Origin: a virus
DNA length: 64,000 nucleotides
Strand: one strand, 5' to 3'
IMG/VR virus record: IMGVR_UViG_3300035703_000044
Coordinates: 29,765-93,764 of that record
Under the pieces are notes generated by a model, which searched no databases, had not been told where the DNA came from, and was given only the letters and a program-made list of their open reading frames with translations. Shown here one piece after another: positions 21,442-30,941 of this stretch (its first letter is position 1; each line of letters starts with the position of its first letter). A program made the translations under genes and the position numbers.

Positions 21442-21612
21442 ATGGGCGTACTTGTAGAGGTTGTAAAACCAATTATTCTTGCTGCATTAAACTCTTGTCA
21501 TACTAAGCGTCTTGTGGTTGAACTACTTGAACGTTATGTAAAGACTACTGATAATGACATCGATGATGTTATTGCTGGATCAGTAAGAACAGCACTTTTA
21601 AAGAACTGCTGA
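21442..21612 (+). CDS. Small hypothetical protein (56 aa, not in ORF track)
   Basis: GGAGG RBS; MGVLVEVVKP...TDNDIDD...LKNC; terminator follows. Confidence 0.65.
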   Translation: MGVLVEVVKPIILAALNSCHTKRLVVELLERYVKTTDNDIDDVIAGSVRTALLKNC

Positions 21613-21670
21613 TTAAATAAAATTAAATTAATATGAGGTGGGGAGACGAAAAGTAAAAGTCTCCCTTTTT

Positions 21671-21678
21671 TATAAATA
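21671..21678 (+). promoter_or_regulatory. Late promoter TATAAATA
   Basis: Exact consensus directly after terminator 21641-21670. Confidence 0.7.
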
Positions 21679-21709
21679 TTATTAGCAAATATTTTTACGG
21701 AAAAGAAAC

Positions 21710-22231
21710 ATGGCACTCTGGGGAAACAATGATAATGTTGGTGCTGGTGGTTCAGTATCATTAAATTATTCTACCGGTGTTGTAACGGGAACTGGAACCA
21801 CTTTTGGGCAGGTGGGAGCTGCAGCGACTGGTGATATAATTAGATTTGGAAGTCGCTCTGGTATCTATTTCGGAGATGCTGTAATTGTTGGAATTGCTAG
21901 CACGACTCAACTTACTATTGGATCAACTGCTGGTCTTAGTGGTGCTGCAATTGCTTCTACATCATTTAGAGTAAGTCAACTTCCCAAGTATACTGTACTT
22001 GATTCTAAGTATAGTGAAGCTTCCTGGGGAACTGATGATTCATATGTATATGGTGTCGCTGAAGGTGGACTGACGGCGGCAACTGGAACTTCATATGCAC
22101 TTACCCATGGGGGTTGGGTTGGAGTTACCACTTATGTTGATGCCAATGGATCACTGAGAGTTAAATCTGAGACTCTCGTTGCAATGTCTGGTATCACTAC
22201 TGGAAACACACCAGTATTTCCCCCTGCATGA
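21710..22231 (+). CDS. Probable virion structural protein
   Basis: MALWG start, G/T/S-rich, HGGWV...RVKSETLVAMS; late promoter. Confidence 0.6.
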   Translation: MALWGNNDNVGAGGSVSLNYSTGVVTGTGTTFGQVGAAATGDIIRFGSRSGIYFGDAVIVGIASTTQLTIGSTAGLSGAAIASTSFRVSQLPKYTVLDSKYSEASWGTDDSYVYGVAEGGLTAATGTSYALTHGGWVGVTTYVDANGSLRVKSETLVAMSGITTGNTPVFPPA

Positions 22232-22237
22232 TAATAT

Positions 22238-22630
22238 ATGATCTTCAATGAATTGAATGAGGACAACTTCCTCCTTTTTGCCATTAAGAATTATGAGAAT
22301 CCTCAGGCCGTAACAAAAGAAGATTTTGATAAAGATCTAAATCATTTCAAGTACATCAAAAGACTTTTGAAACGATATAGAAACACTGGGGAACTTAAGG
22401 TTCCCCTTTTGATCAATCACTTTATTGTTCTGTATAATATCTTTGGTGAAGCAGCAACTCCGATGCTCTTTTTTAAGATAGAACGAGAACTCTGGTCCAC
22501 GATGAAAACTTTTATATTATTCTTAAACAAGATACCAGAATATCCAAAATGTTATCTTCACGATATTCCCGTTGACTTAGATTGTTTAAAAGAACTCCAG
22601 AAGATTTTTAGGACAAATGAACAAACTTGA
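22238..22630 (+). CDS. Conserved T4-like hypothetical protein
   Basis: F.EL...NFLLFA.K.Y.NP...FKYIKRLL pattern. Confidence 0.65.
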   Translation: MIFNELNEDNFLLFAIKNYENPQAVTKEDFDKDLNHFKYIKRLLKRYRNTGELKVPLLINHFIVLYNIFGEAATPMLFFKIERELWSTMKTFILFLNKIPEYPKCYLHDIPVDLDCLKELQKIFRTNEQT

Positions 22631-22832
22631 TAGAATTATTCGAATGATTCGTGAGCAGATGGTTGCAAATGCTCCTGGTACTTCTGGTGGTTTTACTGGT
22701 GCAGCAGATCCTAAAGGTCCAGTTGCTGGTTATGATCCAACAATGAAGAGAAGAAAGTATGCTACAGGTGGAATTGGTAGTAGAAAACGCTGGTTAGATT
22801 ACCTCAAATCCTCCAATGGCAGAAGAAATTAG
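22617..22832 (+). CDS. Small hypothetical protein
   Basis: Coupled ORF; IRE followed by G/A-rich basic peptide. Confidence 0.55.
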   Translation: MNKLDRIIRMIREQMVANAPGTSGGFTGAADPKGPVAGYDPTMKRRKYATGGIGSRKRWLDYLKSSNGRRN

Positions 22833-23199
22833 AGTCGCAGTACTAGAACAAAAACTAGAAGACTTAAAAGACATCATCGTCAAGATAGATGATGCTATCG
22901 AAAAGTTAAGTGAAGTAAATAGTAATGTAACTAAGATGCTCGCAGTCCATGAGCAAAGGATCTCCAAGCAAGAGGAAACCGACTCTGTACTCTTTGCTAA
23001 AATTGACAAACTCCGTGATAAAGTTGACAGGGATTATGACGCACTTGTGTCACGAGTACAAACGATAGAGAAAAGGGTCTGGATGGCCATTGGGGCCATT
23101 GCATGTATATCCTTTTTAATGAACAATACTCGTGTTATAGAAATCTTGACACCAGAACCTCAGGCATCTATAATAGAGCAACGCAACTTTAAGGTTTGA
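22816..23199 (+). CDS. Coiled-coil protein with C-terminal hydrophobic segment
   Basis: Heptad pattern, LAVHEQRI, WMAIGAIACISFL. Confidence 0.6.
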   Translation: MAEEIRVAVLEQKLEDLKDIIVKIDDAIEKLSEVNSNVTKMLAVHEQRISKQEETDSVLFAKIDKLRDKVDRDYDALVSRVQTIEKRVWMAIGAIACISFLMNNTRVIEILTPEPQASIIEQRNFKV

Positions 23200-23201
23200 T
23201 T

Positions 23202-24170
23202 ATGGATTTTGTTGATGTTAAGTACATCAATTTGATTTCTCCACGACTACAAAAATTCAAAAGAGTAAAGAGTAATCTATACAATTTTCGTTGTCCAATC
23301 TGTGGTGATTCTCAAAGAAACAAAAACAAAGCGAGAGGATATCTATATCAGGTAAAGAATAATACAAACTTTAAGTGTCATAATTGTGGATTGAATATAT
23401 CTTTCAACAACTTCTTAAAACAAGTAGATATCAATACACATAAACAATATACGTTTGAAAAATTTAAAGAGGGTAATACTGGTAAAAACTTTGTTATTGA
23501 TGAACCAGAGTTTAAGTTTGAAACTCCAAAATTCAAGACAAAGTTAGATCTTCCCAGGGCATCAGAAAATCCTGATGCAAAGACATACCTGGAAAAAAGA
23601 AAATTAAACCCACATAAATTTTATTACACTGAAAAATTTAAGGAGTGGACTAACTCCCTAAAACCTACATTTGACTCCACTATTAAAGATGAACCAAGGA
23701 TTATTATTCCCTTGTTTTATCAAGATACACTAGTCGGATTTCAGGGTAGGGCATTAGGTCCATCAAAAGTTAAATACATTACTGTAATGATTACTGATGA
23801 CGCACCAAAAATCTATGGTCTCGATGAAATACAAAAAGACAAAACTGTCTATGTCACAGAAGGTCCCTTCGACTCAACTTTCATTTGCAATGCGATTGCT
23901 CTTTGTGGAGCTGACGGTGATCTTGGTAAGTGGGGCATTGACAATCCTGTTTGGATCTATGATAACGAACCACGTAATGGAGAAATCGTCAGGCGAATCC
24001 AATCTAAAATTGAGAGTGGAGAGTCCGTCGTCATTTATCCAAAGTCAGTAACTGAAAAGGACATTAATGACATGGTTTTATCTGGACTTGATGTGCAATC
24101 TATGATAGAATCAAATACTTACTCTGGTTTAGAAGCAAAACTTAAATTTACTACCTGGAAGAAAATATGA
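23202..24170 (+). CDS. gp61: DNA primase
   Basis: CPICGDS...CHNC zinc finger, TOPRIM EGPFDS, DNEPRN. Confidence 0.95.
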   Translation: MDFVDVKYINLISPRLQKFKRVKSNLYNFRCPICGDSQRNKNKARGYLYQVKNNTNFKCHNCGLNISFNNFLKQVDINTHKQYTFEKFKEGNTGKNFVIDEPEFKFETPKFKTKLDLPRASENPDAKTYLEKRKLNPHKFYYTEKFKEWTNSLKPTFDSTIKDEPRIIIPLFYQDTLVGFQGRALGPSKVKYITVMITDDAPKIYGLDEIQKDKTVYVTEGPFDSTFICNAIALCGADGDLGKWGIDNPVWIYDNEPRNGEIVRRIQSKIESGESVVIYPKSVTEKDINDMVLSGLDVQSMIESNTYSGLEAKLKFTTWKKI

Positions 24171-26467
24171 GTAACGGTTTAAAGGTTCAAAAGAGAAATG
24201 GGTCAATTGAGAGTATTGACCTTGATAAGATGCATGTGATGGTTGAAGAGGCGTGTAGGGGTCTTGCAGGAGTCTCTGCGAGTCAAGTTGAGATGAAGTC
24301 TGGTATTCAATTCTATGATGGAATTACAACCTCCGAGATTCAAGAAATTTTGATTCGTAGTGCGAGTGATCTAATTGATCTGGATCACCCTAACTACCAA
24401 TATGTTGCTGCACGTCTTCTTCTCTTTTCTGTAAGAAAACAACTTTATGGGAAGATGAAAGAACTTCCCACTCTAGAACAACACATTATTGATTGTGTAT
24501 CTGCAGAGGTTTATGATAGTGATATCTACAATAAGTATTCTCAGGAAGAGATTGAACGTGCAGATTCCTTTATTGACCATGATCGTGACTTCTTGTTCAC
24601 ATATGCAGGCCTTCGTCAGGTAGTTGATAAGTATTTGGTACAGGATAGGAGTTCTGGTGGAGTGTATGAAACTCCACAATTCATGTACATGATGATTGCT
24701 CTGACTATCTTTGCAGAGTATCCAAAAGAAACTAGGATGTCATACGTCAAGAGGTATTATGACGCAATCTCAAAACACAAAATCAACATTCCCACACCTA
24801 TCATGGCGGGGGTTAGAACTCCACTTCGACAATTTGCAAGCTGTGTTCTTGTTGATGTTGATGACTCCCTCGATAGCATCTTTAGCAGTGATATGGCTAT
24901 CGGCCGCTATGTTGCACAACGTGCGGGAATCGGTATCAACGCAGGTCGAATCCGCGGCATCAACAGCAAAATACGAGGTGGCGAGGTTCAGCACACGGGT
25001 GTTGTACCGTTCCTCAAAAAGTTTGAAGCGACTGTCCGATGTTGTACTCAAAATGGCATACGCGGTGGATCCGCCACCGTACACTTCCCAATCTGGCACC
25101 AAGAAATCGAAGACATCTTAGTTCTCAAGAACAACAAAGGAACCGAAGATAACCGAGTTCGTAAACTTGATTATTCTATTCAGATTTCTAAGTTGTTCTA
25201 TGAGAGATTCATTCGCAATGAAGAAGTATCTCTCTTCTCACCGCATGATGTTCCTGGACTCTATGAGGCATTTGGAACAGATAGGTTTGATGAGTTGTAT
25301 TTGAGGTATGAGAATGATCCTTCTACCAAGAAAAAGACCATTGGTGGACAAGAACTTATTCTTAATCTCTTGAAAGAACGTGCTGAGACTGGTCGTATTT
25401 ACATTATGAATATTGATCATTGTAACTCACACTCATCATTCAAAGATAAGATTGAAATGTCCAATCTTTGTCAGGAAATCACCCTTCCAACTTATCCAAT
25501 TCAACACATTGATGATGAGAGTGGAGAGATTGCTCTTTGTATTCTTTCCGCAATCAATGTTGGTAAAGTAAAGTCTGATGAAGAACTGGAAGAACTCTGT
25601 GAACTTTCTGTTCGTGGATTGGATGAACTGATTGATTATCAGAAGTATCCAGTACGTGCTGCAGAACTCGCCACGAAGGCGCGTAGATCCCTTGGAATCG
25701 GTTACATTGGTCTTGCACACTATCTTGCTAAACTTGGGTATTCATATGAATCTCAAGAGGCCTGGGATGCAGTTCATGGACTCTCAGAATCTTTTCAGTA
25801 TTACCTGTTGAAAGCTTCTAACAAACTTGCAAAAGAAAAAGGTCATTGTGAAAACTTTGGTCGTACTAAGTATGCTGATGGAATTCTTCCAATCGATACT
25901 TATAAAAAAGATGTAGACGAAATTTCATCGATTCCATACCAACATGATTGGGAAACTCTTAGGACATCTATCCTGGAACATGGTCTCAGGCACTCAACAC
26001 TGTCCGCACAAATGCCATCGGAGAGCAGTTCCGTTGTGTCAAACGCCACAAATGGAATCGAACCTCCCCGTGGATTCTTGTCCATTAAGAAATCCAAGAA
26101 GGGACCTCTTAAACAGATTGTTCCCCAATATGCAACGTTGAAGAACCACTACACGTTGTTGTGGGACATGAAGAGTAATGAAGGTTACATCAAGATTGTT
26201 GCAATGATGCAAAAGTTCTTTGATCAGGCTATTTCTGGTAACTGGAGTTACAATCCAGAAAACTATCCAGACAATGAAGTTCCAGTGTCAGTTATGGCAA
26301 ATGACTTCTTGACTACATACAAGTACGGATGGAAAACTTCCTATTATCAGAATACTTACGATATCAAGACTGATGAAGTGGTGGAAGAAAAGAAATCCGA
26401 ATTGGAAAATCTAATTAATGAGTTAAGTTCAGTAGAGGAGGGAGAGTGTGAATCCTGTGCAGTTTAA
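24167..26467 (+). CDS. nrdA: Class Ia ribonucleotide reductase alpha subunit
   Basis: ATP cone, SNLCQEI, TNGIEPP, C-terminal CESC. Confidence 0.97.
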   Translation: MSNGLKVQKRNGSIESIDLDKMHVMVEEACRGLAGVSASQVEMKSGIQFYDGITTSEIQEILIRSASDLIDLDHPNYQYVAARLLLFSVRKQLYGKMKELPTLEQHIIDCVSAEVYDSDIYNKYSQEEIERADSFIDHDRDFLFTYAGLRQVVDKYLVQDRSSGGVYETPQFMYMMIALTIFAEYPKETRMSYVKRYYDAISKHKINIPTPIMAGVRTPLRQFASCVLVDVDDSLDSIFSSDMAIGRYVAQRAGIGINAGRIRGINSKIRGGEVQHTGVVPFLKKFEATVRCCTQNGIRGGSATVHFPIWHQEIEDILVLKNNKGTEDNRVRKLDYSIQISKLFYERFIRNEEVSLFSPHDVPGLYEAFGTDRFDELYLRYENDPSTKKKTIGGQELILNLLKERAETGRIYIMNIDHCNSHSSFKDKIEMSNLCQEITLPTYPIQHIDDESGEIALCILSAINVGKVKSDEELEELCELSVRGLDELIDYQKYPVRAAELATKARRSLGIGYIGLAHYLAKLGYSYESQEAWDAVHGLSESFQYYLLKASNKLAKEKGHCENFGRTKYADGILPIDTYKKDVDEISSIPYQHDWETLRTSILEHGLRHSTLSAQMPSESSSVVSNATNGIEPPRGFLSIKKSKKGPLKQIVPQYATLKNHYTLLWDMKSNEGYIKIVAMMQKFFDQAISGNWSYNPENYPDNEVPVSVMANDFLTTYKYGWKTSYYQNTYDIKTDEVVEEKKSELENLINELSSVEEGECESCAV

Positions 26468-27635
26468 GATTTCTTCTACGGAAGAAACCACACAAATTAA
26501 AGGAATGACGGTTTTTAACACTGAAAAAGTTGATACTAAGAAACAACCAATGTTTTTTGGTAAACCCCTTGGAGTCCAGAGATATGATTCATACAAATAT
26601 CCTGTATTCGATAAACTGACCACTCAACAATTAGGATACTTCTGGAGACCCGAAGAGGTGTCTCTCCAGAAGGATCGTGGAGATTATCAAACACTACGTC
26701 CAGAACAGAAACATATCTACACTTCTAATCTGAAGTATCAGATTATGCTTGATTCTGTTCAGGGACGTGGACCTGGAATGGCATTTATTCCTTATTGTTC
26801 TTTGCCAGAACTTGAGGCATGTATGGAAGTATGGGGATTTATGGAGATGATCCATAGTCGTTCATACACTTATATCATCAAGAATGTATACTCGGATCCT
26901 TCTGAGGTATTTGATACTATTATTACAGATAATCGCATTCTTGAACGTGCCAAGAGTGTAACTGAATCGTATGATGACTTTATTCAATCAGCACAATCTT
27001 ATGGTACATCCAATGCATGGATGCACAATCTTGAAGGAGTTTCATACGCAAGAGAAACAATTAACGATGTTAAAAGAAAACTCTATAGAGCAGTCGCAAA
27101 CGTTAACATTCTTGAAGGTATTCGCTTCTACGTTAGTTTTGCATGTTCTTTCGCATTCGGTGAACTTAAGCTCATGGAAGGATCCGCTAAGATCATCTCT
27201 CTTATCGCAAGAGACGAAAATCAACACTTAGCAATCACTCAAAATATTCTGAATAAGTGGAAAGAAGGTGATGATCCTGAGATGCGTCAGATCGCAAAAG
27301 AAGAAGAAGAGTGGGTTTATGCAATGTTTGATCGTGCAGTAAATGAAGAAAAGAAATGGGCAGATTATCTGTTCAAAGATGGAAGCATGATTGGACTTAA
27401 TGATAAACTTCTTCAACAGTACGTTGAATGGATTGCAAACAGAAGACTTAAAGCAATTGGGATGAAACCCCAGTACGATATTTCAGCAAACAATAATCCA
27501 CTTCCTTGGACTCAGCACTGGATTTCCTCTAAAGGTCTCCAGGTGGCTCCCCAAGAAACGGAAGTTGAAAGTTATGTGGTAGGTGGAATTAAACAAGATG
27601 TGAAAACAGACACATTTAGTGGTTTCAAACTGTAA
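26448..27635 (+). CDS. nrdB: Ribonucleotide reductase beta subunit
   Basis: FWRPEE, E.IHSRSY, EGIRFY, RDENQH. Confidence 0.97.
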   Translation: MNPVQFKISSTEETTQIKGMTVFNTEKVDTKKQPMFFGKPLGVQRYDSYKYPVFDKLTTQQLGYFWRPEEVSLQKDRGDYQTLRPEQKHIYTSNLKYQIMLDSVQGRGPGMAFIPYCSLPELEACMEVWGFMEMIHSRSYTYIIKNVYSDPSEVFDTIITDNRILERAKSVTESYDDFIQSAQSYGTSNAWMHNLEGVSYARETINDVKRKLYRAVANVNILEGIRFYVSFACSFAFGELKLMEGSAKIISLIARDENQHLAITQNILNKWKEGDDPEMRQIAKEEEEWVYAMFDRAVNEEKKWADYLFKDGSMIGLNDKLLQQYVEWIANRRLKAIGMKPQYDISANNNPLPWTQHWISSKGLQVAPQETEVESYVVGGIKQDVKTDTFSGFKL

Positions 27636-27683
27636 TAATATAATAAAATTTTATAGATAGGGGAGAGTAATCTCCCTTTTTTA

Positions 27684-27839
27684 ATGCCTAAAAATCAACT
27701 CACTAAAGACGAACTGAAGGTTCGTGTATTAAAACTAAAAGATAGATTGCACAAGGACCAACCAAGTTGGGACTCTAAAGGACTTGCTCATAAATATCTG
27801 AATGAAGTTCTTGACATTATTGATGAGTATAGGTACTAG
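27684..27839 (+). CDS. Small hypothetical protein (51 aa, not in track)
   Basis: MPKNQLTKDELKVRVLKLK...AHKYLNEVLDIIDEYRY; follows terminator 27661-27682. Confidence 0.55.
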   Translation: MPKNQLTKDELKVRVLKLKDRLHKDQPSWDSKGLAHKYLNEVLDIIDEYRY

Positions 27840-28281
27840 TTGCAGTTATAATAATGGGTGGAAATATAAGAAACCTGAAGGACAATGTTTCGAGTCTGAA
27901 GACATAGGGGATAATTTTGGGTTTGTTTATCTCATTACAAACAAGATAAACTCCAAACAATACATAGGACGGAAATATTTCTGGCAGTTTAGGACCCCCA
28001 AAGGGAAAAAACGTAAAGTAAAATCAGAGTCTAATTGGAAGGATTACTATGGGTCTTGCCCAGAACTTAAAGAAGATATTGAAAAATACGGCAGAGAAAA
28101 TTTTGTTAGAGTTATTCTCTCATTACATAAAACAAAGGGCAAAACAAACTTTGAAGAGACAAGACAACTCTTCTGCCACAACGTCCTCACGGAATCACTT
28201 GACAACGGGGAACCAGCCTTCTACAATAGCAACATCCTCAACAGGTACTTCCGAAAAGATTACTATGGAAACACAGATTGA
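27823..28281 (+). CDS. GIY-YIG-like endonuclease
   Basis: GFVYLITN...YIGRK, YYGS motifs. Confidence 0.65.
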   Translation: MSIGTSCSYNNGWKYKKPEGQCFESEDIGDNFGFVYLITNKINSKQYIGRKYFWQFRTPKGKKRKVKSESNWKDYYGSCPELKEDIEKYGRENFVRVILSLHKTKGKTNFEETRQLFCHNVLTESLDNGEPAFYNSNILNRYFRKDYYGNTD

Positions 28282-28483
28282 ACCAGTGCCTTATGTGAGG
28301 GAGTGGTGTATTAATCGAATCCATTACCTTGCAGATCATGGTGGATTGGAAGATCAGTTCAATGCCGTCGCTCTTGCTGAAGAGTTTGATGAATGGATCA
28401 ACATTCCAGAAGGAGTTCAAGAACTTGATTATCTCTGTCTTGAAGAAGAAGGTTGGGGGGATCAAGAGGTTGATATTCGGTAA
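28265..28483 (+). CDS. Hypothetical acidic protein
   Basis: Overlapping ORF METQIEPV... Confidence 0.5.
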   Translation: METQIEPVPYVREWCINRIHYLADHGGLEDQFNAVALAEEFDEWINIPEGVQELDYLCLEEEGWGDQEVDIR

Positions 28484-28574
28484 ACCAAACACTTGACTTT
28501 TACTAAATATTAACTTATTATGTAAAATCCCACTCCAAAAGGGTGGGATTTTTATTATTAGACTTTGATTTGAT

Positions 28575-28643
28575 TTAGAGCCCAGGAAGGTGCCCCCCGA
28601 GAGGGGCGGTGTACCCCCCTTCTATTGGGATGTAGAGTTCTAT
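28575..28643 (+). ncRNA. Candidate structured RNA in the leader of the RlpA-like gene
   Basis: GC-rich island with nested stems TAGAGC/GTTCTA, CCA/TGG, GAAGG/CCTTC, GCCCC/GGGGC. Confidence 0.5.
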
Positions 28644-28651
28644 TAAATTTA

Positions 28652-29014
28652 ATGCTTTTTAAAACACTTTCAATTCTTGTCTTTGGTCTTGTCGGACTGG
28701 CACCCGTAACAGCAAAGGCAGCGAGCGGATGTTCCCTCGCATCACATTATGGAGTCGGTGATGGATATCACGGGCAGACAACTGCCAATGGTGAAAGATA
28801 CAATGCTTATGGTAAATCAGTAGCACATAAAACACTTCCTTTTGGAACTAGATTGCGTGTAACCAATCAATCAAACGGTAAGTCTGTGATTGTGCGTGTA
28901 AATGATCGCGGTCCTTATATCGCGGGTAGAGACCTTGACTTGTCTTACGGTGCATTCTCTACTATTGCTTCACCCGGTCAAGGTGTTGCTAGGATTTGTT
29001 ACTCGCGGGTATGA
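28652..29014 (+). CDS. rlpA: RlpA-like lytic transglycosylase (DPBB fold) with signal peptide
   Basis: ASHYG...TANGE.Y...AHKTLPFGT...VRVNDRGPY...DLS. Confidence 0.88.
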   Translation: MLFKTLSILVFGLVGLAPVTAKAASGCSLASHYGVGDGYHGQTTANGERYNAYGKSVAHKTLPFGTRLRVTNQSNGKSVIVRVNDRGPYIAGRDLDLSYGAFSTIASPGQGVARICYSRV

Positions 29015-29067
29015 CGATCTGAAAAACTGAATAAATAGAGAGGAGTGGTTGCTACTCCTCTTTTTTT

Positions 29068-29478
29068 ATGTTTAATTTTAACTTCGGTAAGAAGAAACCA
29101 GATAAGAAGAAGATATTCATCATAAGTCTCGTACTCAGTGGTATCGTAGCAACCCTCTCACAATGCACAGGAGTGTCCCAGAAGACCCTGTGGGACCTTC
29201 TAGACGAGGTACAGAGGACTCTGTTCCCTCAGACCATAATCAATGATGTTCTGATCCAAGATCCAGACATCATAAAGAGAAGAGTTGAAAGGGATGTAGA
29301 CAGAGCCATAAGAGAATATGAGGACTTGACAAGAGACTCAGAACCACCTAGAGTACCTTTGCCACGGTTGATAGAGAAAGCTCCAGATGAAGCTTTATGT
29401 TATTCTGAAGAGTGTAAGAAACTTGGAGGAGAAATGAGACTCTGTGCCCCATGGCTTGACACCTGTAAAGAGGAGTGA
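29068..29478 (+). CDS. Hypothetical membrane-anchored protein
   Basis: N-terminal hydrophobic helix, Cys-rich C-terminus. Confidence 0.55.
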   Translation: MFNFNFGKKKPDKKKIFIISLVLSGIVATLSQCTGVSQKTLWDLLDEVQRTLFPQTIINDVLIQDPDIIKRRVERDVDRAIREYEDLTRDSEPPRVPLPRLIEKAPDEALCYSEECKKLGGEMRLCAPWLDTCKEE

Positions 29479-29501
29479 TATACTAAACAAGTAAACAACA
29501 A

Positions 29502-29573
29502 GGGCTCATAGTTAAGCGGATATAACTACCGCCTTCTAAGCGGTCGTCCCTGGTTCGATTCCAGGTGAGCCTG
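29502..29573 (+). tRNA. tRNA-Arg(UCU)
   Basis: Cloverleaf; ACCGC-CTTCTAA-GCGGT. Confidence 0.92.
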
Positions 29574-29611
29574 TTGACAATTATACTCAATTACTCTATA
29601 ATTGTCTTATT

Positions 29612-29682
29612 GCGAGTGTGGTGTAGTGGTAACATGCGAGCCTTCCAAGCTCTTGTCACGGGTTCGAACCCCGTCACTCGCT
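29612..29682 (+). tRNA. tRNA-Gly(UCC)
   Basis: Cloverleaf; GAGC-CTTCCAA-GCTC; promoter TTGACA-17-TATAAT upstream. Confidence 0.92.
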
Positions 29683-29684
29683 CT

Positions 29685-29756
29685 CCTCTGGTAGTCTATT
29701 GGTAAGGACACCCCGACAAGGGAGTTGGAAATTGGGTTCGATTCCCAGACAGAGGT
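29685..29756 (+). ncRNA. tRNA-like element with non-canonical anticodon arm
   Basis: Acceptor CCTCTG/CAGAGG, D arm and T arm (TTCGATT loop) intact; anticodon arm reduced to CCC-GACAA-GGG. Confidence 0.65.
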
Positions 29757-29760
29757 ACAT

Positions 29761-29836
29761 TCCCCTATAGCTCAATTGGCAGAGCACGGAGCTGTTAACT
29801 CTGGGGTTGTTAGTTCGAGTCTAACTGGGGGAGCCA
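29761..29836 (+). tRNA. tRNA-Asn(GUU), CCA encoded
   Basis: Cloverleaf; CGGAG-CTGTTAA-CTCTG. Confidence 0.92.
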
Positions 29837-29837
29837 C

Positions 29838-29910
<73 letters not shown>

Positions 29911-29931
29911 CATAAATATTTCAAAAAGATA

Positions 29932-30369
29932 ATGGACGAGTTATACCAGTCATTACACAAAGCACAAACAAGTCTTTTTTGTTTAATGCAAAAGACTTGG
30001 GTATATCATTGGAATGTGGTTGGTTCGGATTTCTTTGAACTTCATGAAGCATTTGGTGAACAATATACTACAATGCAAGGTGAACTAGATAGATTGACTG
30101 AACATATGAGATATCTTCGCATGAAAGCTATCTCACCAATCAGTAGAGTCATTGAAACATGCGAGATTCCAGAAGCATCATCAAACCCAACTGATAAATC
30201 TATGGTTTCTCAGTTGCTTGCAGACAATAAAAAGATGATTGAACTTCTCACTTCTGTTGTAGAAGAATCTGAAAAAACAAAACAATATACTACATCAAAT
30301 ATTGCTCAGGATTTAATTGAAACACATGGCAAATTTGTTTGGATGTTACGATCGTATTTGAAAGAATGA
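29932..30369 (+). CDS. dps: Dps-family ferritin-like protein
   Basis: HWNVVG..FFELH..F.EQY...D.L.E ferroxidase pattern, WML at C-terminus. Confidence 0.88.
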   Translation: MDELYQSLHKAQTSLFCLMQKTWVYHWNVVGSDFFELHEAFGEQYTTMQGELDRLTEHMRYLRMKAISPISRVIETCEIPEASSNPTDKSMVSQLLADNKKMIELLTSVVEESEKTKQYTTSNIAQDLIETHGKFVWMLRSYLKE

Positions 30370-30539
30370 AAAAGAAAACCTTTAACAAACTTATTCAAAA
30401 ACCTTTGAGGTTTCATCATCAAGATATTCATGAGGAACTTGATATTATTAAGTTAGAACTATTAGAGATTAGGAGATTATTGCAAGATGTTAATCGTGAG
30501 ATGCCGAGATTGCAACAAGGAGATAACCAGCACGAATAA
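30366..30539 (+). CDS. Hypothetical protein
   Basis: ATGA-coupled to dps. Confidence 0.45.
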   Translation: MKKKTFNKLIQKPLRFHHQDIHEELDIIKLELLEIRRLLQDVNREMPRLQQGDNQHE

Positions 30540-30732
30540 AACTCAGGTGTGTGGTTGTCCAAATACTATGACTGTCAAAGGTGACAGTGTTTCAGCTGTT
30601 GACTTAAGTAGAGTAGTTATGGTAAACTCTACACAGAAAGAACAAAGAAATGTTCTGACTTCTCAAGATCTTGCTTTTCAGGAAGCAAGGAGACAACGCA
30701 AAGTTCGTAAACTGGACTTTGAGATTCGATAG
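30487..30732 (+). CDS. Small zinc-binding hypothetical protein
   Basis: CxxC...CxC. Confidence 0.6.
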   Translation: MLIVRCRDCNKEITSTNKTQVCGCPNTMTVKGDSVSAVDLSRVVMVNSTQKEQRNVLTSQDLAFQEARRQRKVRKLDFEIR

Positions 30733-30818
30733 GAAGGTCAAGCCGATAGGTGACGGCAGCTGTCTTGAAAACAGTCGAGGTGTTAAAGCCCTTAGGCGTT
30801 CGATTCGCCTACCTTCCG
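30732..30818 (+). tRNA. tRNA-Ser(UGA)
   Basis: Long variable arm; GCTGT-CTTGAAA-ACAGT. Confidence 0.9.
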
Positions 30819-30941
30819 TTACATAAGATACAGATTTAAGATTTTGTTTCGTTTTCTGTATCGCAGTGTTACAGAATCCTGACATATAGTTGACTTTGAA
30901 AAACCAGTGATTAGTATATATTAGTAATACGAATCACAGAC

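Noticed and set aside
30858-30872. Second NtcA site
   Set aside because: Spacing is GTA-N9-TAC, not N8
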